Below are positions 18,006 through 27,421 of a DNA stretch of 63,638 nucleotides, one piece after another. The notes below the pieces were generated by a model. That model was not told the DNA's origin and searched no databases. It saw only the letters and a program-made list of their open reading frames with translations. A program made the translations under genes and the position numbers. Source of the stretch: Nanobdellota archaeon (lineage in GTDB: Archaea; Aenigmatarchaeota; Aenigmatarchaeia; Aenigmatarchaeales; Aenigmatarchaeaceae); contig JAHIEG010000001.1 of NCBI GenBank assembly GCA_018901655.1, forward strand, positions 1 through 63,638. Direction: 5' to 3'. Each line of letters begins with the position of its first letter. The stretch's first letter is position 1.

Positions 18006-19859
18006 TTATTTACGAGCCGTAATATAAATGTATTCTCCAAACTGCCATTCATCTCTATCAACCTTAATGTCTTTAAATCCAGCTTCTCTAAATACTGTTT
18101 TAATAGTTCTGTTATGATGTAAGAAAGGATGAGTAGTTATTGTTGGTGCAATTATTGCTAGGAAACTTACTTTACCATTTTTCTTAAGTGATTTGTTTAT
18201 TTTTTCTAACTCTTTTTCTGGATTGATAAAGTAATTAATTGCAATTGAAGAAACAACTCTATCAAACATTCCTATTTTAAATGGGGAGGCCTTTGTTAGT
18301 TTAGTGTAAATTATGTTATTATGTTTTTTCCCAGATTTCATAGCTTTTTTTAATTGTTTTTCTGAAATATCGCCAGCAACAACTCTATAACATTTTTTAG
18401 CTATCATCCTAGTTGTTATTCCTGTTCCACATCCATAATCTAAAATAATGTGATCATCGTCTATATCTGCACTTTCCACAACTTTTTCTCTGTGCTCTGT
18501 TCTAACTAGTATTCTCAGAGCATAAATATCAAAGATAAAACCAATCTGATCAAAATATTTTTCTATAAAGTTTCGATCAGTTTGTAGTTTAATTATTAGG
18601 TATGCCGGAAGTCCTAAAATTATCATTCCTAATGCAAATGCTAATATATTAATTGATGGTTCGTGTGTTATCCATAAAAATATTAAATAAAAATTGAATA
18701 TGATAACTGCAAGAGGTCCAATTATTCCAAATGGTGCTTTAAAGTATCTTTTTACTTTAGGTTTGCTAAATCTTAGTTTTATAACACATGCCATTATAAC
18801 TGAATATGTTATCAAAACTAATGGAACAAGTAGTGTAAGTAGATACTGATAGTTTCCAAATGCTATTAGAGTTATTACAATTGTTATTATTGTTTGAAAT
18901 AAAATAGCAATATGTGGTGTTCCTCTTTTTTTATGTATTTTTTTAGCATCAGAAATAAATACTTTATCTCGGGCCATAGCAAATAATAATCTAGGTGAAG
19001 AAATAATCCACCCAGCAGCTGTACCAATGATAGGAATAAATATAATGAAGGCAAATATTTTACCAAAGCTTTCTCCGAATAAAACTGATGCAACAGCTAC
19101 AAGTGGTGCTTTTTCTTGTGAAAATGTTTCCCAATTTATAACACCTAAACAAACTGTAGTTAATAATATTGCTAAAATCGATATTATAATTGTAGAAATT
19201 ATTAATGCTTTTGGTATTGTTCTTTGTGCATCTTTGACTTCTTCAGCTAGAAAGGTAATTGTTTCCCATCCAAAGAAGGTTTCAGCTATAAAAAATATTG
19301 CAAGAAAAACTGTTGAATTTGGAAATACAAAAAACGGAGTAAAATTATTAATATCGATTTGAAACATGCCCGGTATTATAATTACAAGAAGTGCAGCAAT
19401 TGTCATTACTCCAAATATTAATACCATTTTTGAACTTTGTTTTATTCCACTATAATTAATTAAGTTGAAAAATAATATGAAAAATAAAGATACTATAAGA
19501 CTTGTTGTAAATTCAGCTCCTGGAAGAAGATAATAAACAGCACCAACAATAAGCATTGAAGTTGTTATATTAGCAATTATCCAAGACATCCAACCCAATA
19601 TAAATGATGGAATTTCTCCAAAAGCTTGTTTAACAAATTCATATGTACCACCTGCTTTAGGAAACATGCTAACTAATTCTGCAAAATATAGAGATATGAA
19701 AATTGCGATAACTGACATTATTGCCCAGGATAATAATGAAGCAGGACCAGCATAATGAGCACCTAAAGCAGGAAGAAAATATATTCCAGTTCCAACTATT
19801 GAATTAATTGTAAGAAGTATGAGAGTTTTAAAACCAATCTCTTTTTTCAATTGTTGCAT
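18006..19859 (-). CDS. APC-family amino acid permease fused to a C-terminal class I SAM methyltransferase domain
   Basis: SIVGTGIY, AELVSMFPKAGG, GWE..TFLAEE, PRLLFAMARD, GTPHIA; C-terminal ILDYGCGTG...AGDIS. Confidence 0.88.
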   Translation of the reverse strand: MQQLKKEIGFKTLILLTINSIVGTGIYFLPALGAHYAGPASLLSWAIMSVIAIFISLYFAELVSMFPKAGGTYEFVKQAFGEIPSFILGWMSWIIANITTSMLIVGAVYYLLPGAEFTTSLIVSLFFILFFNLINYSGIKQSSKMVLIFGVMTIAALLVIIIPGMFQIDINNFTPFFVFPNSTVFLAIFFIAETFFGWETITFLAEEVKDAQRTIPKALIISTIIISILAILLTTVCLGVINWETFSQEKAPLVAVASVLFGESFGKIFAFIIFIPIIGTAAGWIISSPRLLFAMARDKVFISDAKKIHKKRGTPHIAILFQTIITIVITLIAFGNYQYLLTLLVPLVLITYSVIMACVIKLRFSKPKVKRYFKAPFGIIGPLAVIIFNFYLIFLWITHEPSINILAFALGMIILGLPAYLIIKLQTDRNFIEKYFDQIGFIFDIYALRILVRTEHREKVVESADIDDDHIILDYGCGTGITTRMIAKKCYRVVAGDISEKQLKKAMKSGKKHNNIIYTKLTKASPFKIGMFDRVVSSIAINYFINPEKELEKINKSLKKNGKVSFLAIIAPTITTHPFLHHNRTIKTVFREAGFKDIKVDRDEWQFGEYIYITARK

Positions 19860-19879
19860 AAAAATAATTATTCATTTTG

Positions 19880-20824
19880 TTATATAAAGAATATTTGATA
19901 ATTCAAAAGAGCAATTATATAACCAAAAAATAAAATTATTAGAATAATTCCTTGTTTTTTACCATATGTTGTAGCAGAAGTTAAGAATAGGAATATCATA
20001 CTTGTAAATAATAAAAATATTGCTAAAAACTTAGAAACCGGACCTATAACTATTGGTGCAATAATAGCTGCTGAACCAAGTATTAAAGTCAAATTAGTTA
20101 CAAGTGAACCAATTAAATCACCTATAGCTAATGATATATTCTTTCTTTTTATTGCTATAAGAGATATTGACAATTCTGGCAATGTTGTTCCTATAGCTAA
20201 TATACTTGCCCCTATCAATGATTCTGCTATTCCAAACAATGATGCTATTTGTATTGCGGAATCTGTTACAAATTTAGCACTTATTATAACAAGAATTATT
20301 GAAGCAACTGCATATGCAAATGTTTTAACTGTTTCAACAGTTTTTAAACCTTCATATTTAATTTTCTTAGGTTTAAGTTTATAGCTATTTTTGTATATAC
20401 TGTAAAAGAATAATACAAATGTTGTTATACAGAATAATCCAAAGAGAAATCCAATTTCATTTAAAAACACAAATGCAAGTGAAACAGCAGATATAATTGC
20501 TATTGTTCTTATAAGTTGTTTATAGTCTTCTTTGCTTGTCTTAATAGTTACAAGTATAGCCATGATTCCAAAAATCAATGTCATATTAATTATGTTTGCA
20601 CCAAATAAATTTCCAACACTTAGTAGTCCTTCTCCCTTTAAACTTGATAAAATAGCTATAGAAAATTCTGGTAATGATGTAATAATAGATATAAACAAGA
20701 AACCGATAGCCATTTGAGTTACTTCAAGTAGTTTTGCAAGCCTTATTGAATACAATATTGACATTTCACTTGATTTAATAAGTATTATCAAACCTACTAG
20801 TAGTATGATGCCTTCTATGAACAT
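19880..20824 (-). CDS. Sodium:calcium antiporter (CaCA/YrbG family)
   Basis: Alpha repeats ITSLPEF and GTTLPEL; GN..GANI. Confidence 0.92.
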   Translation of the reverse strand: MFIEGIILLVGLIILIKSSEMSILYSIRLAKLLEVTQMAIGFLFISIITSLPEFSIAILSSLKGEGLLSVGNLFGANIINMTLIFGIMAILVTIKTSKEDYKQLIRTIAIISAVSLAFVFLNEIGFLFGLFCITTFVLFFYSIYKNSYKLKPKKIKYEGLKTVETVKTFAYAVASIILVIISAKFVTDSAIQIASLFGIAESLIGASILAIGTTLPELSISLIAIKRKNISLAIGDLIGSLVTNLTLILGSAAIIAPIVIGPVSKFLAIFLLFTSMIFLFLTSATTYGKKQGIILIILFFGYIIALLNYQIFFI

Positions 20825-20857
20825 ACTTTTATAATAGAGTTTTGCCTATAAATAAGT

Positions 20858-22144
20858 ATGGAAATTATATCAGCAATAGGCGTCTTAACATTATTTAGTA
20901 TTACAATATTTTTAGGTTATATTGGAAATTTAATTTTTGAAAGAACAAAGATACCTGATATTGTTTGGTTATTACTTTTCGGTTTATTTGTTGGTCCAAT
21001 TTTTAATTTAATTGATACAACTATGTTTGTAAAGATATCCCCACTATTTGGTGCAGTTGCTTTGTTGATTATTCTTTTTGATGCCGGATTAAATATGAAT
21101 TTTTATACAATGATTAAAGAATTTCCAAGAGCTACCACATTGGCTATTATTGGAATGATTAGTTCAATGGCGGTTGTTGGTTTGGTTTCAATTTATATGT
21201 TTAATTTTGATATTTATACCGGAATAATGATTGGTGCGATTTTAGGCGGTATATCATCGCCAATAGTTATTTCAATTGTTTCTGGACTTGAGCTTAATGG
21301 AAAAGTTAAAACCATTTTAGAACTTGAATCGATATTAACTGATCCGTTATGTATTATTGTTACAATTGCTTTAATTCAGTTAATTGTTTCTTCATTTGCA
21401 GGAAATATAGTTCATGATATTATTGCTTCTTTTTCAATTGGGATAGTTATTGGTTCTATTGTTGGTTTAATTTGGCTTTCGATACTTCATATTTTGAGAA
21501 AAAGACCATTTGGTTATATGATTACTTTAGCAATTTTGCTTATATTATATGCTTTTGTAGAAACAATAGCGGGATCAGGAGCGATTGCAGCTTTATTTTT
21601 TGGACTTGTTCTTGGGAATGGAAGATTAATAACTAAAGTTTTGAAATTTAAAAGAACTATTGGTATAAAACCATTTATTAGAACATTTCATAGAGAAATG
21701 TCATTTTTTATAAGATCGTTCTTTTTCGTGTTTTTAGGTTTAATAGTTGAAATAAATATGACGTATGTTATGTATGGTGTAGTAATTGCAGCAATATTGA
21801 TATTGTTGAGGATAATTGTTGCACAAATAAGTATGATTGGTTCTGGAATAACAAAAGCTGAATTGAATATTATGAGAATAATGACACCAAGAGGATTAGC
21901 AGCAGCAGTGTTAGCACAATTACCACTTCAAGCAGGAATTGTTGGTGGTAATTTGATATCAAATATCGTGTTTGTTGTTATTTTAATAACAGTACTTTAT
22001 GCATCATTTGCAATTAGATTTGTTTATAAAACACCTAAGAATCTTGTTGCAATTGGAAAAAAAGAAAATATTCGATATGCTAAAGAGAAAAAATCAGCTG
22101 TGAAAGAAGGTAAACTTCAGAAAGCAAAAAAGTTAAAAAAATAG
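20858..22144 (+). CDS. Cation:proton antiporter (CPA1, NhaP-type)
   Basis: ILFDAGL, LESILTDP, TPRGLAAAVLA. Confidence 0.92.
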   Translation: MEIISAIGVLTLFSITIFLGYIGNLIFERTKIPDIVWLLLFGLFVGPIFNLIDTTMFVKISPLFGAVALLIILFDAGLNMNFYTMIKEFPRATTLAIIGMISSMAVVGLVSIYMFNFDIYTGIMIGAILGGISSPIVISIVSGLELNGKVKTILELESILTDPLCIIVTIALIQLIVSSFAGNIVHDIIASFSIGIVIGSIVGLIWLSILHILRKRPFGYMITLAILLILYAFVETIAGSGAIAALFFGLVLGNGRLITKVLKFKRTIGIKPFIRTFHREMSFFIRSFFFVFLGLIVEINMTYVMYGVVIAAILILLRIIVAQISMIGSGITKAELNIMRIMTPRGLAAAVLAQLPLQAGIVGGNLISNIVFVVILITVLYASFAIRFVYKTPKNLVAIGKKENIRYAKEKKSAVKEGKLQKAKKLKK

Positions 22145-22285
22145 AAACCTTTTTAAAGGTTAATTACTTCTATATTAATACGCTGTGGCGGCGTTTAAGT
22201 AAGACTTGGCACTATAAAGCTAGGAATGAAATACTTATTTCTGTTCACAGTAATAAATGGGGCCACTAGTTAATATTTTTGGCTG

Positions 22286-22317
22286 ATGTAAGTAAGGATG
22301 TGCAAACATTTCTGTGT
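22286..22317 (+). other. 5' arm of the 16S pre-rRNA processing stem (BHB)
   Basis: atgtaagtaaggatgt-gcaa-aca-tttctgtgt pairs with 25330-25361 to form a canonical BHB with a 16-bp outer helix. Confidence 0.9.
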
Positions 22318-23069
22318 TGTTACAGATAACCCGCAAAATTAATTCCGGTTGATCCCGCCGGAGATCACTGTTATCAGGTTTCGATTTAGCCATGCGAGGT
22401 GAGAGGGTTTAGACCCTCGCCGAACTGCTCAGTAACACGTAGTTAACTTACTCTTAGGTGGGGCATAAACTCGAGAAATTGAGGCTAATACCCCATAACT
22501 GTTTATAGCTGGAATGCTTTAACAGTAAAAGTTCCGACGCCTAAGAATAGGACTGCGGCGTATCAGGCTGTTGTGAGTGTAAAATACTCACAAACCTATA
22601 ACGCGTAGAGGCCATGAGAGTGGGAGCCTCGAGATGCCTTCTGAGACATGAAGGCAGGTCCTACGGGACGCAGCAGGCGCGAAAACTTTCCAATTCATTA
22701 ACGTGTGAGAAGGGAAGCCTGAGTGCTTATGCATTGCATAAGCTTTTCTTTAGCTTAAATCGCTAAAGGAATAAGTGGTGGGTAAGACAGGTGCCAGCCG
22801 CCGCGGTAATACCTGCGCCACGAATGGTGATCACGATTATTGGGTCTAGAGCGTCCGTAGCCGGTTTAGCAAGTTCCTGGTGAAATCTAACAGTAAACTG
22901 TTAGGCATGCTGGGAATACTATTAAACTTGAGATCGGGAGAGGTCGGAGGTAGTCCATGGGTAGGGGTTAAATCCTTTAATCCATGGAGGACCACCGGTG
23001 GCGAAGGCGTCCGACTGGAACGAGTCTGACGGTGAGGGACGAAAGCGTGGGGAGCAAAGCGGATTAGAT

Positions 23070-23815
23070 ATAAAAATGAGGAAACATTAAAAGCACAGAA
23101 ACCTTAATGTGACTATGTTAGAATTCCGGGTAAAACAGTTTTTGAAGAAAAATCAAGATATTAAAAAAATTGATAAACTGTTTACTTGTCGAGCATCACC
23201 ATATCAAATTAAGATTCCTATAAATATTTCAACAGATCTTTGTAGATTATTAGGAATAATACATGGTGATGGAAATCTTTCATCAAAGAGAATACATATT
23301 ACAGACAAATGTAAAGAATATCATACCAAGGAATTAAAACCTTTGTTTGAGAAATTATTTGGAATAAAGTTAAATCTCTATCATGATGTAAATAGGAATT
23401 CATACTATAGTCATATCAAAAGTAGTATCTTATATAGATATTTTATAGATGTTTTGGAATTACCAAAAGGTGCAGTTAGACAAAATTTGATTTTGCCAAG
23501 TTTTATGCAAAAATTAGAAAATAAATTTATTGCATCTTATATTGGAGGAGTATATGATGCTGAATCAAATATAAGCAAGAGGCAAGCTCAAATTAGTTTT
23601 TCAACAACTACAAAGCAAATATTTGATTTGGTTAAAAATTTTTTAATCATAAATAATATAAAATATAGTATCTATATAAGATCTCGAAGAATTAATAAAG
23701 AATATGAAATTTACATTTATGGAAAAGAAAATATTAGGAATTTTTTAAGATATATTAAAATATCACACCCAGAAAAAATTAAGCTTTTGAAAAGGTTTCT
23801 TCATTTTTACTAGAT
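23070..23815 (+). other. 16S intron 1 (746 nt, BHB), after about E. coli position 793
   Basis: Central helix ttag/ctag, bulges ata/ata, 15-bp terminal stem taaaaatgaggaaac/gtttcttcattttta; splicing restores GGATTAGATACCC. Confidence 0.92.
23109..23813 (+). CDS. Intron-encoded double-motif LAGLIDADG homing endonuclease
   Basis: RLLGIIHGDGNL and YIGGVYDAESNI motifs. Confidence 0.9.
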   Translation: MTMLEFRVKQFLKKNQDIKKIDKLFTCRASPYQIKIPINISTDLCRLLGIIHGDGNLSSKRIHITDKCKEYHTKELKPLFEKLFGIKLNLYHDVNRNSYYSHIKSSILYRYFIDVLELPKGAVRQNLILPSFMQKLENKFIASYIGGVYDAESNISKRQAQISFSTTTKQIFDLVKNFLIINNIKYSIYIRSRRINKEYEIYIYGKENIRNFLRYIKISHPEKIKLLKRFLHFY

Positions 23816-24004
23816 ACCCGTGTAGTCCACGCTGTAAACGATGTCCGCTTGATGTCACAAATCTTACGTGGATTTGTGGTGTCGGAGCGTAGGTGTTAAG
23901 CGGACCACCTGGGGACTACGACCGCAAGGTTGAAACTTAAGGGAATTGGCGGGGGAACACACAAGAGGTGGAGACTGCGGTTCAATTGGAGTCGACGCCG
24001 AGAA

Positions 24005-24605
24005 AAGAAAGCAACTATTATAAATATCAAACTTGGTAAATAATACCGGGATTGATATGGGTGTTTATCAAAAGTGTTTAAAAAACAAAGAACTTGCAGC
24101 AAATGTTCTTTTATCTTTGATTGAATTTGAATTTAGTTTGGTAAGTGACGATACGCCAACTTTGCTTCAATCACATGTCAATAAAGAACAATTAATTGCT
24201 GTATTCAGAATCTGTAAATCTCATAAATGGACAAAATTTAAGAAATTGAAACTTAAAGGCGAAAATTTTTATTTTCGTTTGACTATTGATGGATTAAAAG
24301 AAATATATGAGATAGCTGGTCCATTTGTTAGTAAAAAAAGAAATATGTGGACTAAATTAATTACAGAAAGGGCAGGAAAGAAAGGAGGATATATGAAAGA
24401 AATGCCTTCGACTGAAAAAAGAATCATCGATCTACTGCAAACGAATCATGACTGGTGGACAGTAGAAGGTGTATGTTTAAACTTAAGATTAACACCAAGT
24501 ACAATAAGAAAATCATTTAGAAAAATAGATAATAGTTTTATAGAAAGGAAAAAAATCGGAAGATCGGTTTTGTGGAAATTAAAATAATAGGTGTTTTCTC
24601 TCGAA
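24005..24605 (+). other. 16S intron 2 (601 nt, BHB), after about E. coli position 978
   Basis: Central helix cgag/ctcg, bulges aaa/aat, stem agaaagca/tgttttct; splicing restores GACGCCGAGAATCTCACC. Confidence 0.92.
24033..24587 (+). CDS. Intron-encoded protein: divergent LAGLIDADG-like domain plus C-terminal winged HTH
   Basis: LLSLIEFEFSL in the helix-1 position; C-terminal IIDLL...WTVEGVCLNLRLTPSTIRKSFRKI...IERKKIGRSVLWKL is wHTH-like. Confidence 0.6.
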   Translation: MVNNTGIDMGVYQKCLKNKELAANVLLSLIEFEFSLVSDDTPTLLQSHVNKEQLIAVFRICKSHKWTKFKKLKLKGENFYFRLTIDGLKEIYEIAGPFVSKKRNMWTKLITERAGKKGGYMKEMPSTEKRIIDLLQTNHDWWTVEGVCLNLRLTPSTIRKSFRKIDNSFIERKKIGRSVLWKLK

Positions 24606-25135
24606 TCTCACCAGGGTTGACAGTAGGATGAAGGTCAAGCTAATGGTCTTACCAGACAAGCTGAGAGGTGTTGCATGGCCATCGTCAGCTCGTACCTTGA
24701 GGCGTGCCGTTAAGTCGGTTAACGAGCGAGACCCACGCTATCATTTGCTACCATATTTTATCTTGGAGTAATCCAAAATGTAAATTATGAGCACTATGTT
24801 AGGACCGCCACTGATAAAGTGGAGGAAGGAGTGGGCAACGATAGGTCCGTATGGCCCGGATACCCTGGGCTACACGCGGTCTACAATGGTTAGGACAATG
24901 CGATGCAACTCCGAAAGGAGAAGCTAATCGCCTAAACCTAATCTTAGTCCGGATTGAGGATTGTAATTCATTCTCATGAAGCTGAAATCTCTAGTAAGCG
25001 AAAGTTAATATCTTTCGCTGAATATGTCCCTGTTCTTTGCACACACTGCCTGTCAAACCATGCGAATGGATTTTTGGTGAGGCTTTGCTTTAACAAAGTC
25101 GAGCCAGAGGTCTGTGAGTGGGGTTAAGTCATAAC

Positions 25136-25253
25136 AAAATACTCAGTAGAATTTTTCGATTATTCCTTAGTGAATGAAGAAAAGGCAGCAAGCTTAATGC
25201 TTGTACGAGGTGAAATGAAAGGAAGTAATTTTTCTTTGCTGGTATTTTATGAA
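25136..25253 (+). other. 16S intron 3 (118 nt, ORF-less, BHB), after about E. coli position 1501
   Basis: Central helix cata/tatg, bulges aca/aaa, stem aaatac/gtattt; splicing restores AAGTCATAACAAGGTAGCC. Confidence 0.9.
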
Positions 25254-25329
25254 AAGGTAGCCGTACTGGAAGGTGCGGCTGGATCACCTCCTATATTTTA
25301 TAATATAGATTATCCGGTGCTAGTTAATT

Positions 25330-25361
25330 ACACAGAAGTTGCATAACATCCTTACTTACAT
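25330..25361 (+). other. 3' arm of the 16S pre-rRNA processing stem (BHB)
   Basis: acacagaag-ttgc-ata-acatccttacttacat, complementary to 22286-22317. Confidence 0.9.
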
Positions 25362-25379
25362 TTGATAATTTTAAAAAAA

Positions 25380-26582
25380 TTATTTTGCAGATGAAACTAT
25401 TTCTATTACGTCTCTATTTTTTAAACGATATTCTCCTTTAATTTTCATTTTAGTTCTAACATCATATGCATATAATAGTCCTTTTGCAAGATCAGTATGT
25501 ATTTTATTTGCAAAATCCATTACAGTTGAACCTGGTTTCATTAGGAAAACATCTGGTAATATGTTTCCATTTTTATCGCCTAATCCTTTTATTCCTCCTG
25601 GAAATATTGCTATGTATTTTAAGAAATCAAATACAGAATCATCTAAAGTTGTTTGTACTCCTGTTGTTTTGTATTTTTCTAAAACATTTTTCTTAATAAA
25701 TTCTAAACCTTTTATTTGTTTTTCATTCATATCTTTATTTATTATTTCAAAAACTGCATCTCCTGGGTTATATTTAATCCATGTTTTTTTAGCTGCTTCT
25801 CTTAATGCTAGTTCTGATTCTGCTGAACATGGTTTGAAATAATAGTTTGGAAATTCTTTTTTTAATCTTTCATAATTTTCATGAGCTCCTGGGATATCAA
25901 TTTTATTACAAGCAATTAAGATTGGTTTTGTTCTTTTTCTTAACTCGGTTGCAATTTGTTTTAATTGTTCTTCTGTCCATTTAGTTGGATCGAGCTTTGG
26001 TATTTTTAGTTCTTCTAATACATCATCTATTAGTTCTGGTTTAACTCCAAATACATCTAATTGAATTGCTAATTGTTCTGAAATTTGAACTTCTTTGTCC
26101 TGATTCATTTTTCTTGATAATTTGTTCCATCCTTTTTTTAATACTCCTAGATACCACATATCTAATTCTATTTCTAAAAATCTTACATCATTGGCTGGAT
26201 CGTAAGAACCTGGCTTATCTAGTTCTCCTTTTTCATTAGCTGAACCAGAAATATCTATTACATGAATTAAAACATCTGCTCTATTAAGATCATTAAGAAA
26301 CTGATTACCAAGTCCTTTTCCTTCATATGCGCCTGGTACGAGTCCAGCTACATCTATTATTTCTACTGGTACATATCTTATTCCTTTTTCACAATATCCA
26401 GTTCTTGGATTACACTGTTTATTAAATTCTTTATCTACGCATTCAACTCTTACAAAACCTGTTCCGTGATTTGGTTTAATTGTTGTAAATGGATATGATG
26501 CTATTTCTACATTTATTAAAGTTGCTGCTTTAAAAAACGTTGATTTACCAGTTGATGGTTTACCAACTATACCTATTAACAT
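25380..26582 (-). CDS. ychF: Obg-family ATPase YchF (archaeal), with TGS domain
   Basis: GIVGKPSTGKSTFF, YPFTTI, DVAGLV.GA..G.GLGNQFL, NKID, C-terminal TGS. Confidence 0.95.
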   Translation of the reverse strand: MLIGIVGKPSTGKSTFFKAATLINVEIASYPFTTIKPNHGTGFVRVECVDKEFNKQCNPRTGYCEKGIRYVPVEIIDVAGLVPGAYEGKGLGNQFLNDLNRADVLIHVIDISGSANEKGELDKPGSYDPANDVRFLEIELDMWYLGVLKKGWNKLSRKMNQDKEVQISEQLAIQLDVFGVKPELIDDVLEELKIPKLDPTKWTEEQLKQIATELRKRTKPILIACNKIDIPGAHENYERLKKEFPNYYFKPCSAESELALREAAKKTWIKYNPGDAVFEIINKDMNEKQIKGLEFIKKNVLEKYKTTGVQTTLDDSVFDFLKYIAIFPGGIKGLGDKNGNILPDVFLMKPGSTVMDFANKIHTDLAKGLLYAYDVRTKMKIKGEYRLKNRDVIEIVSSAK

Positions 26583-26611
26583 ATTAGAAGTATTGAACTT
26601 AGATTATTAAA

Positions 26612-26905
26612 TCAATATGTTGGTTCTGAATTTACTTTTTTCATTAGTCGATCTATTTTTGAATCAATCCATTCTATTGTCTCATCTGTTGGTTCTGGAC
26701 CTGAAAATTTTACTGTTAGAATATTATTTTGATATGTGATACTTTGTAGAATATTTTCATTATGTTTTATTTCATCTGCTTTAAGATACCATATATATTC
26801 ATCTTCAATTAGATTGCTAATATCATAATTTTTAAGTATTATATGATATTCATGAAAACCCGGGTTTTCTATTACTTCTGCTTGTTCTAATGGATTATAT
26901 AACAT
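26612..26905 (-). CDS. Hypothetical protein
   Basis: 97-aa acidic ORF. Confidence 0.55.
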   Translation of the reverse strand: MLYNPLEQAEVIENPGFHEYHIILKNYDISNLIEDEYIWYLKADEIKHNENILQSITYQNNILTVKFSGPEPTDETIEWIDSKIDRLMKKVNSEPTY

Positions 26906-27011
26906 AATTATAATTAAAAATTAAAAGAATTTAAATGGTTAAAAATAATAGAACCCCCAAAGTCACACCAACTTGATGTATAAAATAACCTTAAGAATTA
27001 CAAAATTTTAT

Positions 27012-27290
27012 TTACTCATCTTCAGGTTTTTCTTCATCTTCAGATTCTTCGTTTGATTCTTCAACTTCTTCCTTTACTTCTTTTGTTTCTGTTGATTCAT
27101 CAGCTTTTTTGACTTTTGTTGCCATTGGACCTTTTTCACTTTGTGATTTTTCGAATTCTACTAGATCTCCTTCTTGTGGTGAATAATCTCCAATAACTTC
27201 ATTTTTGTGGAAAAACAAACCTCTTTTTTCACCAATATCGATGAAACCAAAGTTTTTGTCATCTAACCACTTTTCTATTTTTCCTTTCAT
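27012..27290 (-). CDS. Cold-shock domain protein with an acidic tail
   Basis: KGKIEKW...KNFGFI (RNP1), LFFH (RNP2), GPMATKV; strong SD aaggaggt. Confidence 0.93.
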   Translation of the reverse strand: MKGKIEKWLDDKNFGFIDIGEKRGLFFHKNEVIGDYSPQEGDLVEFEKSQSEKGPMATKVKKADESTETKEVKEEVEESNEESEDEEKPEDE

Positions 27291-27377
27291 AAATTAACCT
27301 CCTTAACATTGCGAACTTTAATTTTTAAGTTCACTGTGTGTTAATTGGTTATACACACTTTAAATAAGAAAGATTTA

Positions 27378-27420
27378 TGGTGGACTCAGGGGAATGTGAC
27401 TAAAAGGTACAAACCCCCTT
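27378..27420 (-). repeat. tRNA-Ala 3'-end-derived repeat R1 (att-like)
   Basis: Minus strand GGGGGTTTGTACCTTTTAGTCACATTCCCCTGAGTCCACCA; 25/28 identical to R2 over the core. Confidence 0.8.
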
Positions 27421-27421
27421 T

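Larger units (their letters stand above)
22342..25292 (+). rRNA. 16S rRNA (archaeal), unlinked from 23S, with three introns
   Basis: attccggttgatcc start, gtgccagccgccgcggtaa, gaaacttaagggaattggc, ggatcacctcct end; no 23S or spacer tRNA follows. Confidence 0.98.

Noticed and set aside
23896-24102. Minus-strand ORF inside the 16S region
   Set aside because: Antisense to rRNA and intron; no coding signal.
24752-24790. Extra sequence in 16S helix 39 as a possible fourth intron
   Set aside because: Folds as a continuous helix capped by a GUAA (GNRA) tetraloop with no 3-nt bulges; better explained as an expansion segment.
25207-25253. SD-like GAGGTG plus ATG in 16S intron 3, giving a 27-aa ORF across the junction of a circularised intron
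   Set aside because: SD-to-ATG spacing is only 2 nt (5-7 elsewhere in this window) and the peptide is tiny; probably chance or a relic.
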